This document shows positions 49,419-62,500 of a stretch of 64,000 bases of DNA, one piece after another. Made by a program: the position numbers and the translations under genes. The notes under the pieces were generated by a model. The model was given only the letters and a program-made list of their open reading frames with translations. It did no database searches and was not told the origin of the DNA. How positions within the stretch are numbered: the stretch's first letter is position 1; every line of letters starts with the position of its first letter. The DNA is from Oopsacas minuta (Eukaryota > Animalia > Porifera), in contig JAKMXF010000255.1 in assembly GCA_024704765.1 (NCBI GenBank), forward strand, positions 434,001 through 498,000. The letters run 5' to 3'.

Positions 49419-50548
49419 AGGAATTGCATCATTAATATTTCTAAAGTATCTTGTCACTTAAGTATTATTAATTTCTAAATACTATTTTTCCAATCTATTC
49501 AGTATAATTCGGGCTAAAAGCTAATGCTTTACTCTTAACAAGAAGGAATATAATCATCCAATTCATTTGTACCAATTTCAAATCACGATAAACCTGATGT
49601 AACCAAGTGTAATGTTGATTTTACCAGTATTTGGATCTAGGGCTTTAGCCAACATTTTACAATTATTTGTAAATCTATATTTTATTATTGTGGGATCGGA
49701 ATTATCCATATAATGTAATGTCTCATATTTTTGAATGATACAATCGTAACTTTTCGGATCTATACATTTGATATACAACTATTATAGATGCCATCTCCAG
49801 TGATTGGATTTCTCATTTTATTATTATCTGTTGGGGTAGAGTAAATAATGGTTACTTGTTTCTTAAGAGTCCTCGCTAACAATGGAATAATAGGGATTAC
49901 AGTATTTCTGTAAGATACGAGTAATACTATACACAAGAATTTCACCACGAGGAAATTATAGGTCATATTGCATATTTATTATTTCTGATATAGAGCAACC
50001 AGTTTTTATATTAATATGATGTCATCTCCCAGTTAGCGTATCTGTTTTCATTCAGTTAGGCTTTTATAGATAATAGCTTTAAAATTATTGTATTCAATCC
50101 AAGAGTTTTATCATTGTATATTATATATGTTACACCATAAGTGTTAAGTTTGGGCACATGGGGGAAGCTACTGTATCCCCCCAGATTTGATTCATTTCCC
50201 TTTTTCTGATTATTTATCTTGTAATGTTCCTTCTTATTGTATTTTTATAAACTACGATCTTATTGTGACGTATACAATTTTACAGTATTCGTATGGTAAT
50301 TGTACTTGGTTGGTCATAACAACCATTCTGATAACTTTCTAACAAAGCAAGCCTAATAAGGCATTGGTAATACATTTTTCCTATAAAACATTTGAGGAAT
50401 GAAATTACAAACTTAGCATATCGAAGAATCTAAATGTATATTATTTGGATGAATACTGTAATTAATTATTTCTTTTGTATGATTTAATAATAGCTTTTTA
50501 GTTGATTGATGCTACAAATAAATTCATTTTAGAATTCGATTCTCATAA

Positions 50549-53500
50549 ATGACTTCTCTATTCCTATCAAAAACTAAATATTACGCTCAAGGTAAGTTTG
50601 TACGTAAAGTGTCAGGATCTGAGCTTAGGGGGGCATCAAGTATATACATGGTCACTGCAAAAATGTGTAGTTAGATATTGAATATTATTTCATGCGAACG
50701 AAAATAGGTTTCATATGAGTATTCTCAAAGAAATATTACAGTCGAACCTCTGAGATCCCGGCAGAGTTAGTGTTATTTCTAAGATCTGGACGATATTGCC
50801 AGTATCTCGGAGGTTCGAGTGTTAATAAGTGAGAATATCGTCGAAATGTATTTGATTCATATCTAGAAATGTTCACAAATTAATATTGATAAATATTTAA
50901 GGGGCAGCCATTTATATCTCCAGGAGTATTAGGAAATATCTGGATAGATTGCATAGACTCTTTTTCCATTTAATTATGTAAATTGCCGTGCTTGTTGATG
51001 TTTATATATATTTACAGGCCTTTTGGTGAGACACACTTCTGGGTCTACAGCTCATCGAGTAAGCTTCTATTCTCTTCAACAGCAACTGGTTATCTCTGAA
51101 TGGGTGACTCTAGTAGACATAGATAATGTAAGAGACTTAAGTGATATAGAAAAGATGGTTCTTCTTGATTGCAATAAACTTCCTCTCTTGAATTCTCTTG
51201 CTGTACTCTCCTCAGATAAACTGATAGTAGCTGTGTTATGTGTATGTAGAGAAGTTACAGAAACAGAATTGAAAATATCAGCTGATGAACTATTATCAGG
51301 AGAACATCCTCCTGTCTTATTCCTGTTAGAGAAGACTACTGATGTAATGGAGTTGAAGCAGCTACTACTACTCAATCCCCTAGAAGTAGAATGTTCTGTT
51401 TCTGAGGATATTGCAGGATCTGATCTAGGCCCTGGTCATAAGAATTCCAATGAATCTAACTTTCCAAGTAATAGTAGTATTATATCTTTTATCTTAGATT
51501 TATTTATTCTCGCAGATACCGTAATTCCCTGAATAAGTGCATGGGCGCTTATTATTTTTTGTGAGCATTATTTGTATTAATTTTCTACTTTATTCAGGGA
51601 GATACGATACTCTATTCAGATGTTAACATACAATGTATCCATAACACATCTGTTATTTCCCTTATATATTCGTGTTGTGTATATACTTTTGTGTATTCTA
51701 TTTAAATACAGTAGAACTCAGATAAGACGTACCTCCTCGGGAGATAAATGATAGTACGTACTAACCGAATTACGTCTTAAGCCGAAACGTCTTTTCGCGT
51801 TCTACTGTATTTATAAATATTTATAGGTTCAGAAACACATCACGGTACGAGCAAGTCTAAAATGAGAGAATCTATTATTCATGATACGTTCGAAAATCTT
51901 CTCTTTACGAAAGACAGAGAAGAAGATATACTCCCTCTAATATTATGTAAACATTCTGAGGTCATAACTCTAATTATTCACTTTATCCATCAGAGAATGG
52001 ATTCGCATGTTCATGAGAAGAAGGAAGTTTTGAGGGTGAGTTCAGTTGGATTGTTCGTTGTTAACTTTTTTAACCTTTCAGATTTCGTATTATACTTAAT
52101 CATTAGACAAGCTATATTCGTACTAATAATAGCCTCGGGCTTATATGCCCCTACTGGCAGGGTTGCTGTGTGAATGAAATTTTGATTCCATCCCCATCTC
52201 AATCCACAGAATTCCCATATAATTTCCCATTTCCATTTCCCATGGTCTGGTTACCTACCCGTAATGATAGTTTAGAATTCAAATTGCATATAAATTCTTA
52301 TACGTATTAGACTTTGTTTGCAATTACTACAATCGCTCTATTTTATGTTAACCTTAACTTTTCCATAATTTTCTAGAATACCTTGAACAAAATCGTCAAA
52401 TACTTAAAGTCAAAAGTTATCTTTGAGACTCACATCCAAATAGACTGGCCTATATATCTCGTCATTTTCTTGGAAATAGCACAGCTGTTCGACTCAAATA
52501 AGGATAATCTAGCTAATGAAGCTATTACATTTATTCTGGTTAGATTTCTAAAAAAAATCCTACTACAATAGCTAATTCTATAAAGAGATTCTCAGAATTG
52601 GTACAAGATAGAGTTTTTAAATTTAGAAAGTTAGAAAGTCCTATAAATGAACTCATAAATCTGTTTACTATTGAGTACACTCAATGTCAGAAATCTGGTA
52701 ACAAATACGGTCATTTGAAACCTATTTACAAACAGCAAGATTTAGAGAATAAGTTATTGTGGTATAACGTACTGATGCTGTGTAATCAGAGTTTTAAAAT
52801 ACCTGGCCAGTCCAAGTGGAGTTTACATCTAATCCATCATATAGATCATGATCAGCTCTCAATCTATGATTTATCTAATTTGAATATTATTTGGGAATTT
52901 GGTATTCAGTTTGGTATAAACTTGGGTCTCTCTTTCGAACAAAGATTCTTATTAAGTGATGTTTTGAGAATAGTATCATCAAAATACGAAACTTATACAT
53001 TTCAAAACTTCAACATTGTACTAGACTATATTCTGAAATATCAATATGATACTTTTGAGATAATTGATTTCTGTTTGGCATATTTCGTATTCCTAGACCA
53101 ATATTCAAAATCAGGAAGAAAGTATTTTACTTCTCTCTTGGTTGATAATCCAAAGGCTTGTGTAGAAATGATGTGTATCATCTTATCCAAACTTGCTACA
53201 CTAATTTGTACTGCTACAGATATTTCAAAACAACTCACTTCTAAATGTGAAGTATTTAAAAAATACTGGTTTGACATTTCCCATCTCCTGCTCTATAATG
53301 TAGTTTGTTTCTATCTTTATGAAACACACCATCCTGAGGATTTTTCTATTGTTCTCAGATGTTTCTATGATACAGTAAAAATACCAACCGAACCTGAAGC
53401 ATTAGTTAAACCATGGATTAAAGAACACAAGAAGGAAGTTGTTACTATGATAAAGAGTAAGTTTAATAAAATAGACATTGAAACTTTTCATGTAATTCTA

Positions 53501-56500
53501 AAGAAATTCCCAGTTGCTGTCCTTTCTAAAACAGCAATTTATGATTATTTCACAAAATACCAACCTTCTAAAAGTGTTTCTATCAAGGATCCCATTTGGC
53601 AAGATCTATTAGTTACTGTTTTCAAAGGCAAAGATCCTCCCAAATCAATTTTCTCATCACTTAAGAAGATATTCGAACAATATTTAAATCGTAAACTAGG
53701 ACTTGAATTTATCCTTGATTGTTTAGCGATGGATTTACCGTCTTATGGATTAGAATATAAACCAACTAATGAAGATAAAATGATTTCTGATTTTATAACT
53801 AAGATTGAATTCGGGTCTAGAAATGAATTCTGGTATAAATTACATGAAAATCTAATCCAAATACTGAATTATATTCCCAAGTTCAGATTACCTTCTCTAT
53901 TACAAGCCATTATAATGGAATCTATAATCAGAGCTATTGTACCAGATTCTTCTCTGCTCTCTCACTCCAGTAGAGAAGGCTATTGTAAGCACTTAATTAT
54001 CTCATTACAAACTTTATCTTATCAGAAGAATCATACTACTTTTGAAGGATTAAAGATTTCCTATGAGCATTATTATCTTTGGAAAATTCTAGCTTTAATT
54101 TGTAAAAAAATCAAATTTGAGAAATTAGTCTGGTCTGATATTCCTTATATGGTTATAACATTATTATTTGTATTTAGTAAATACAAAGAAACTGTTCCTG
54201 GGTTTCAAGGCTACGCTTGGCAAGATAATAATTTAGTGTCTTATATTGAGTTCTGCAAGAAAAGTGAGGTTCTTATTTCCAAATATTATCATAGCATTTC
54301 TAATGATGACTGTAGTCTCATTGAGTATACAGAAATATTGAATAATCTTCAGAATCTAAATCAGCTGTTTAATTACTGTCAGTTACCCATTTTAGGTAAA
54401 GAAGAACTACAAACCAAAATTCATTATTTCACTGAAAAAGCTAGAGGTTTGACAAAAACTCTATTTCTACAACTAGAGGTTGAGAATACTAAAAGCAAAT
54501 CTTGCTTCATTTTACAATTCTTGAACGATCAGCAAGTCGAAGTCCCTGAAGGAATTCGAATAGAAATTGATTCATTATTGAAGATTTATTATGAACAGAT
54601 TCTTGGCAAAACTGAACAACCCATCTCTGTCCCAATTCTAGAAGCTAAAGACACAATCAAACTGAATGAATTCAGAACACGCTGTGCTTATATTGTAGAT
54701 AACTTTAAAATGTTTACTTCTCCAATCTTTGAAGGATCTGATTATACAGTTCATAATTTTCTAGCTCACTTCAGTCTAAGAGAGAATGTCTTGTTTGATG
54801 CCTGCCTCAGAAAGTGTATGGTACAGAAATTGAAACAACAACAAAATAGTAATTTCCTCTCAATGAGTGAGTTCGTAGAATGCTCAATTGATTGTTACCA
54901 GACACTCAACAGGATTTGTGAGGGTGTATCCACTTATGCAGAAATTGAGCAAATCAACGAACACCTCACTGTAAAATCTCTAAATTTCGGACAGATTCAG
55001 ATTGACATAAAGTTATTCCCACCCCTCGCTGACCGGATTCAGGGAGATCTGGGAGTAATGAATCTCTTTCAATTACTCAAGATTTCTGAGTATCTAATTC
55101 ACATTACAGATGTATGTAAGCAGTATAAACTCACCAGTTGTATTGCTAGTGCTGAGTTTAGTCAATTGGAAGATATATACAGAAAACTATCTGATCCAGA
55201 TAATCGTAACAAACTAACCATTACAGAAGCAACCACCTTATTAGTTCAGGTCAATGACGTCACTAATGATATGCCTATACAGAGATATCAGCTGTTTCCT
55301 ATTCTCGCAGATAGTGCTGAGTTCTACAAATTCTTGCTAGACAAAAATCTGTTTAACAACAGAGAAAGTTTTGATATTCAAATGAACCTGATTACCTCTG
55401 AGAGACAGGATGAAGATTATGACGACACAGTATTAACTCACATGTCTATTGCATACAGCTATATGATGCCTCTATTCTCACAGGAGCAAACACTGAAGGA
55501 GTTCCTTAAACAGTACTCACAGATGACAATTGGATCTGAGACAGGTTACTCACAGTTGAGAACAGTTAATAACAACATTACACTTATTCGTCGTTGGTTT
55601 ATAATTGCAGAAGGTGAGACTACTGAAAATGTGTCTCAACAGCTACAGGATATCCTAGATACTGGAGTTTATGAGATTTTGCTTGGCAACGCAGACAACC
55701 AACTGGAATTTGGAACAATGCCTAGTTTACCAAATACTACACCTCTTATTAACAAGAAGCTGGTTGCTTCAATTCTCCTCAAGTACTCAGCTTCTACTAA
55801 TACTGCTGCTATGCGTAATATTAAGAGAGACAGTCTTATCCTTCCTCCAGAATCTCCTATTCATTCCACTAACAAACTACCACCACCCTCTCCTACCCAC
55901 AATAGAATAGATGAACGTATGAACACAGATAAGATAGATGAATTTGTTAGGAAGCTAGGATTCCTGGAGCAGAGCAAACTATCAGAGCAACGTGTTAACT
56001 GTATATCAGATTTCCAATACTTCCACGATAAGATAAGAAAGATGTTTGAATGCTTAACTCAACTTGCAGAATTAGGACATCCTAACTTCCAGGACAAACC
56101 AATCTCTATATCTTGCTCCACTGAGAAATCGAGGCTTGCTGAGATCCTTGACGGATATTCATTAAAGCTAACACGATGGAAAGACGATTACGTAAAAATT
56201 CAGAATAATGTACAATTCCTCCTTTTCTTCCCTATACAGAGGATTATTCGTATAGTCTCACTAATGGAAGCTAAGGCTTGGGTTCAGGCTGCTAACCAGT
56301 TGAGCTTTCTCTTTAAAAACAATTACAATATTTTCCGTCTGATTGAAGCACAATTATGTGAGAATTTCTATCAAATTCGAATGAAATTGGAAGAAGATAA
56401 ATCCAAAATTCTCTCTCCTGCAGAAGTTATGTCAGTCGTTATCAGTCAAATTACTACCAACAAAGATCTCTCTTCATCACTGCTAATTGGTAAAGAGAGA

Positions 56501-59500
56501 GAGAGAGATGGAGGTGCACGTCAATCTTTTATATCTCATCAACTTCAATGTATTGATCGTCTTCACGGATGCACTCAATCACAAGTATTAGCACTTATTC
56601 AGAAGATATTTAAGTATGATTATCCTATTGAGAGTTTTCAACTGCTGCATTGTAATGCTGATACTACGTTTGAAGAATTGTCTCTATTCCTTGCCAGAAC
56701 TAATACATTTTTGAAACCAACATATTGCTTGATAGAAGTTAACAAATTGCCTAATCTCCTACAGGAATACACTATGAAACATGTTGCTGAATCACAGAGA
56801 GAATCCAGATTAATAGCATCTATTCATTACATTGAAACTGCTCAATCTCTTCTCCACGAGCTACCTGGAGTAAAGGTAGAGAGACACAGTAATCTTGAAA
56901 TACTCTCTACTATGCCAAAGAGTGATGTATTTGAAGTAATAGAATTGGTATACGGACTTGAAGGCAACGGGAAATCGCATTTCATTCGTAATAAGATAAC
57001 TCCCTATCCTCACAACATTGTGATACCAATTAACGAAGCTTTCAGTGTACCAGCTGTGATAGAGAAAATGAACCATACAATCCCATTGGACATAGACGTA
57101 TGTATATATTTCAACTTCACTATAACGTGTTATAGAGAATGTGATAAGAGTGGAAAGGACTACTTGGAGTATGCAGAGCTTATGAGGAGAGTGAATTGGT
57201 TCTTCTTTGACTTACTTGTCCTCAATTATGTTTCTGATAGCAGTTCTTCTTTAATATTCCGTCTCCCTTCTGGCATGCGTTGGAAGTTATATATTGAGGT
57301 TCCTTCACGACCGGGTGTGACTAATAGCTTGGTAAATTTGGAAGATTTCAAGAAGGAAATTCCTATATTTAACATAATGGGCATTCCTCACCTGATAGGA
57401 GATGATGTACCATATGAAATTGATCAAGATGTACAGCTGATCTGCAAATACCTACAAGCTTATACTGATTACTTAAACAAGAAAAGTAGGGGAATTAATC
57501 GTCTCTACGACGAGAAGAAGCACAGTAGAGTAATATTCTCTACAGACCCTAATCTATGTGATGACCAATGTTATCGTCTATTAGATAAATATATGGAGCC
57601 TCATGTAAAGGTGCGTAAAATATTACAGAAACTATTCGTACGTTATATGCTACGACGTTGTAATGTATTAGAGAGTATGGGGAACTTCACATTTAATACT
57701 GGGAAGGGGATTATATTCGATCTTGAAACTGAGCAAAATATGATTACGGATACTAAATTATTGGGCTCAACATTGATGAAGACGATGATATTCGAAGTAA
57801 ATCAGTTCTGTGATCCTACATGTAAGGAGGATTGGGCGAGAAGCGAGCATCAACAGCTGATCTATAACACCAGTGGAGGAGGACACACCATCAGATTTCT
57901 ATCTCTACATCCTGAGAAGTTAACCAGTGAAGTGCGCTCTAATTTCACTTCAATTGGTATCAGTATACCTTCGCACACAGACTTAGGTACTAGAAAGAAA
58001 TTAGAAGAATTACTCGCACACGCTCTAAGTCTCGAGAACTCTGAGACAATATCTAAACTCATCCATGAAGAGGAGTATGTACTCACAGTAGATTTTCTCC
58101 TCAAAATGCTGAACATACATGAGAGACGTATGTGTAGATATCCTGTTGTGTTGGTAGGAGAGACTGGAGTAGGAAAGACTAAACTGTTAGAGTTCCTATC
58201 CAAACTCTGGAATAAGACGATTCATGCAGCTTATTACAAAACACTAGACTCTATTGTTGATATCATTACCAAACAGATTAATCAGATTTTATTCCCAGAG
58301 CATAATCATACTGGCACGTATTCTCTGGAACCATTAATAGCTCTCAATGATGCTATTTCTACTCGCACTATGCCAGCATCTGATACTACACTGAAAGCTT
58401 GTGAGATGTTATACAAAGAGATTATGAAACCGCTTGAAGGATTCTGTAAGACCCCAGCATTTAATTTGCTTAAGATAGACAGAAGTACAGCTAAAAATGC
58501 ATTGAAGTTCATTTCCCCTGAGAATACCTGTAGATTCTTGAATGAAGTTCTCTCTGCTAAACCTGTAGATACATTCATCAAGATTAATGTACACTCAGCA
58601 CTAACTCCTATTGACATTAAATACAGATTTACTGAGATTATTGATAAGGCAGAACAACTCGCCACACCCCTTATCGACTCTGATACACCTCACGATAAGA
58701 CCTACCAATCTCCAATTGTCACAGTATTCCTTGATGAAATCAACACTTCTCATTGTCTAGGTCTGTTCAAGGAAATAGTTATAGATGGTTATATAGACGG
58801 AGTGAAGTTGCCTGATAACGTATTCATAGTAGCAGCTTGTAATCCACATCGCTCTGTAACTGCTACTCTACAGCAAGACACTAAGATAGAAGATTGGGTA
58901 CTGGGATGGTACTATGTACGACAGATACACCCACTCTATCTCGTATACTTTGGGATTACGGAGCACTAAATGAAAACCAGGAACATGAATATATTAAACA
59001 GAAATTCGCAGTTTCTGGCCTGCATGTAATTTTACGTGGTATTGAATTAGCTAATCTAACCTCTCAAATTGCTCAAGCTCAACAGTTAGTGAGAAAATTC
59101 GCAGAAATGCAACTTATAAAGGTCGGTTTCTCTGAAGCAGATTCAAAAATTCGAGCTAAAAGTTGTGTCAGTCAGAGAGATATCCAGCGAGTATTCAGAA
59201 TAACAGAATTTCTAAACTCTATTAAGGAGCAACAAGACACTAAAACTATTGAGAATTCTGTCATTGTTGCGATTGGCCTTGTCTACTACTTCAGACTAGA
59301 TGAATTCTTTCGTTCTAAATTTAGTACAGAAATTGATAAATCTTTCGGATTATCATTCTGTAAAATTCTGAATAAATATGTGGACAAATTCATATCTAAT
59401 GTTAAAGTACCAGTTGGTATAGCAGAGACCAAAGCCTTGAAAGAGAATCTATTTGCTACTCTTATATGCACCATGTCTAAGATACCTCTCATAATAGTGG

Positions 59501-62500
59501 GAGCTCCTGGCACTTCAAAGACTCTCTCTTTCGATTTAGCCATTAGTAATGTGAAAGGTGGAGAATCACCCAAGGAGTATTTCCGTAAGAGAATGTTTCC
59601 AGCTTTAGAAGCTCACTATCTACCAATGCTCTAGACGCTCAACCTCAAATGAAATAGAGAATGTATTTAAAATAGCTATAAAGAGACAAGAGACACACGA
59701 TGAGGCTAACCTCAAGGTGTTCCCTGTTGTGTTTATGGATGAAGCAGGTCTCCCAGAAGAGAGTCACGAGTCTCTTAAAGTTTTACATTATTTTTTGGAT
59801 AGACCAAAGGTGTCATTTGTCGCAATTTCCAATCACATTCTTGACGCAGCAAAGAGTAACCGTGCTATTAATCTATTCCGTCCTCAGCAACAAGACGACC
59901 TGTATACTCTAGCTAACGGCTGCTTTATGAGGTCTAACAAGGAATCTACAATGAACAGAAGACAGCATTTAATGAGTCAGCTGTGTGTTCCTTATGAAAA
60001 TCTGATGAAACACTCGATATACTCTAAGTTCTACGGTCTGAGAGATTTCATTCACATGATCAGCTATCTCAGAAGAAACAGAGATAAACTTGATCAGAAA
60101 GAAGAGCTAATACTGAAAGCTATTGAGAGAAACTTCAATGGACAAGACAAGGATGACTTTGCTAAAGTAGCTGAGATGTTCATTACAAAAGAAATATTTA
60201 TGAAACATTCAAGGAATATTATTGAGGTTTTGAGAGAGAGTTTGGAAGACAAGAGTATACGTCCAGAATCTCGTAGAGACAGACAAGGAGAAGAGGAACT
60301 AGTAGAAGTCAGATACAAGATGATAATTGATCCCAGTGAGGATGACTCTCTAACCAGACTACTCTACCACTACAATATACTCAACATACAAGATACACGT
60401 ATGTTCATTGGTAGTGACTTCCCAGGAGATGGAGAGTTACAAAAAGTAATACTAATATCAGCTATAAAGCATGCTGCTGCCGAAGGCAAGACTGTTATTC
60501 TATCACAAGCTGATGAGATATATGAGAATTTCTATGATCTTTTCAATCAGAATTATAAACAGGTTGAGGATAATAAAGGCAGACGTTATTACGCTAATAT
60601 TGCTATAGGATCACATTCTAAGCCTTGTAGAGTTGATCCTAATTTCCAATGCATTGTTCATATACAGAAATCCTTCCTGGAAGATGCTCCTCAGCCCTTC
60701 TTAAATAGATTTGAGAAATTTCACGTTTCTCAGAAAGATCTTCTCGAAGCTTCTATCAATGCTCTTCCTCCATGTATGGAGATTATTGTTTCATCTACGA
60801 TTAGCAAGGTATTGTATACTTAATTTATACTTAATATTATGAACCAAGTGGGGGGTCTCAATAAATTATTCCTATTAGATTTAGGTAATTTCATTTCGCT
60901 TGACATTTGTCTCTATACATTTAATGAATAAGATTTTCGCATTTCATCCTGTAGGGGATTCACAATACGCGACCCTGACTGTATTAATACTTGTTCGATT
61001 CTTCATCCAACTTCATTTTTGTATATCAGCAATAAGTAGTCTGTTTGTTGTTATATGTACATAACTTTACTAACTTTTAGGAGTTAAATCTTCGGCTAGA
61101 TATTCGAAGATTTAATTTATTTGACTTAAATTATGATTTCATTTAGCGATGTTACGTGACAATACTCTTGATGCTTGTAATGTTTAATCAAATTTTACAT
61201 GTATTCCATCTGATTCGGACGATACATATTGTACATTCTTACTTGACCTTTCTGTTGTTTAGGTGAGAGACTTCATCAGGACAGTCAAGAAGGAAACTTT
61301 CTATGGTGATATATTTGATAGTTTTGAGTCTTTATTAATTGACATGCTTCCTAAGCCTGGATTCGATTATGAAGAAGTTAAGAAAAAGAAAGCCTATGAA
61401 CCAGTTGTCGTAGATTCTGTAGATCCTGGAAATATAGCAGAAGAAGAAGAGGATCAGATGGGAGCGTTACCTCCCCCTCACGAGTACTTAGACATCCTCC
61501 TATCTCAATTGAAGAAACTAGCAGGCTTCAACTTCATTTATCTACCTGTTGAAGAGAGAGATCAGATAGCTAAAGATATCCTACAGACTGCTATATTTAT
61601 TGATCCAATGAAGGGTGACGTGGAAGTTGATAATCTTGCTAAGACAATCCGAGCTAATCCTGAGAATATAGAACAGTTCATAACAGGAGCTATAGATCAT
61701 CTGATGAAGGAGAATGCTCCCATGTGTGATGAAACAGCTCAAAGTAAAGGTCTATACCTACTCCCAGTTGATGTACTTCCTGGACAGAGACTAGTAATAA
61801 GTATGATTGTACACTTTCTAGTGAGATATCTATGCACACGTTTGTTACAACTTGCACTACCTGAAGCGCTGATTGTTAAATACGATCTGATCAGTGAAAC
61901 ATACAAGAGAACTTACCTTGTCCATCAAAACCATTTTGAATTCAAAAAGCTAATAACTAGATGTGTCAGTTTACAAGATGAATCTAATGAGAAGGATTTG
62001 GTACGACCTAACAAGTTGCTGTGCTATACACGGACTACCTCATTCATCCTGTCACTTCCTAACAGCTATCCTCCAGACCAGCATATACAGCCTGCTAGTG
62101 CAGAAGAATTGAGAAACATACATCCTGTAATACACTGTGAGGATGATACAGCTCTGTATAAACTGTCTGCTATCAGAACACAGGAACAGTTCATGACTAT
62201 TCTAAGAGAATATTTCAACAATGCACAAAAGCGTGTGTTAATATTTGTAGCAGACATGCAGCATGTTACTCAACAGAGAATTAACTTTGTTAGGATAATG
62301 ATAGATGAAGAGGAGAGTGTAGCTAAGACGAAAGTTGGTGAGTTCACTCTTAATAAGCTTATAGTTGTTCTTCTACACTATCCTCCTACTATATTCAATC
62401 GTACTATTCATAAGACTCGTACCGGATCATTCTCAAGATACCCTGCTCATTTCTTACATGGCTGGGATCATTACTACCTAGATAATTTACAGAAACAGAA

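Noticed and set aside
51597-51700. Apparent extra exon after tttattcag in the RNF213-like gene
   Set aside because: The acceptor is part of a MITE terminus (51519-51607), and exons 51467^51827 already join in phase.
62066-62257. Minus-strand 63-aa ORF and apparent absence of a gene at 61.2-64 kb
   Set aside because: The region is the plus-strand RNF213-like exon, probably omitted from the track because it has no stop before the window end; the small ORF is its antisense shadow.
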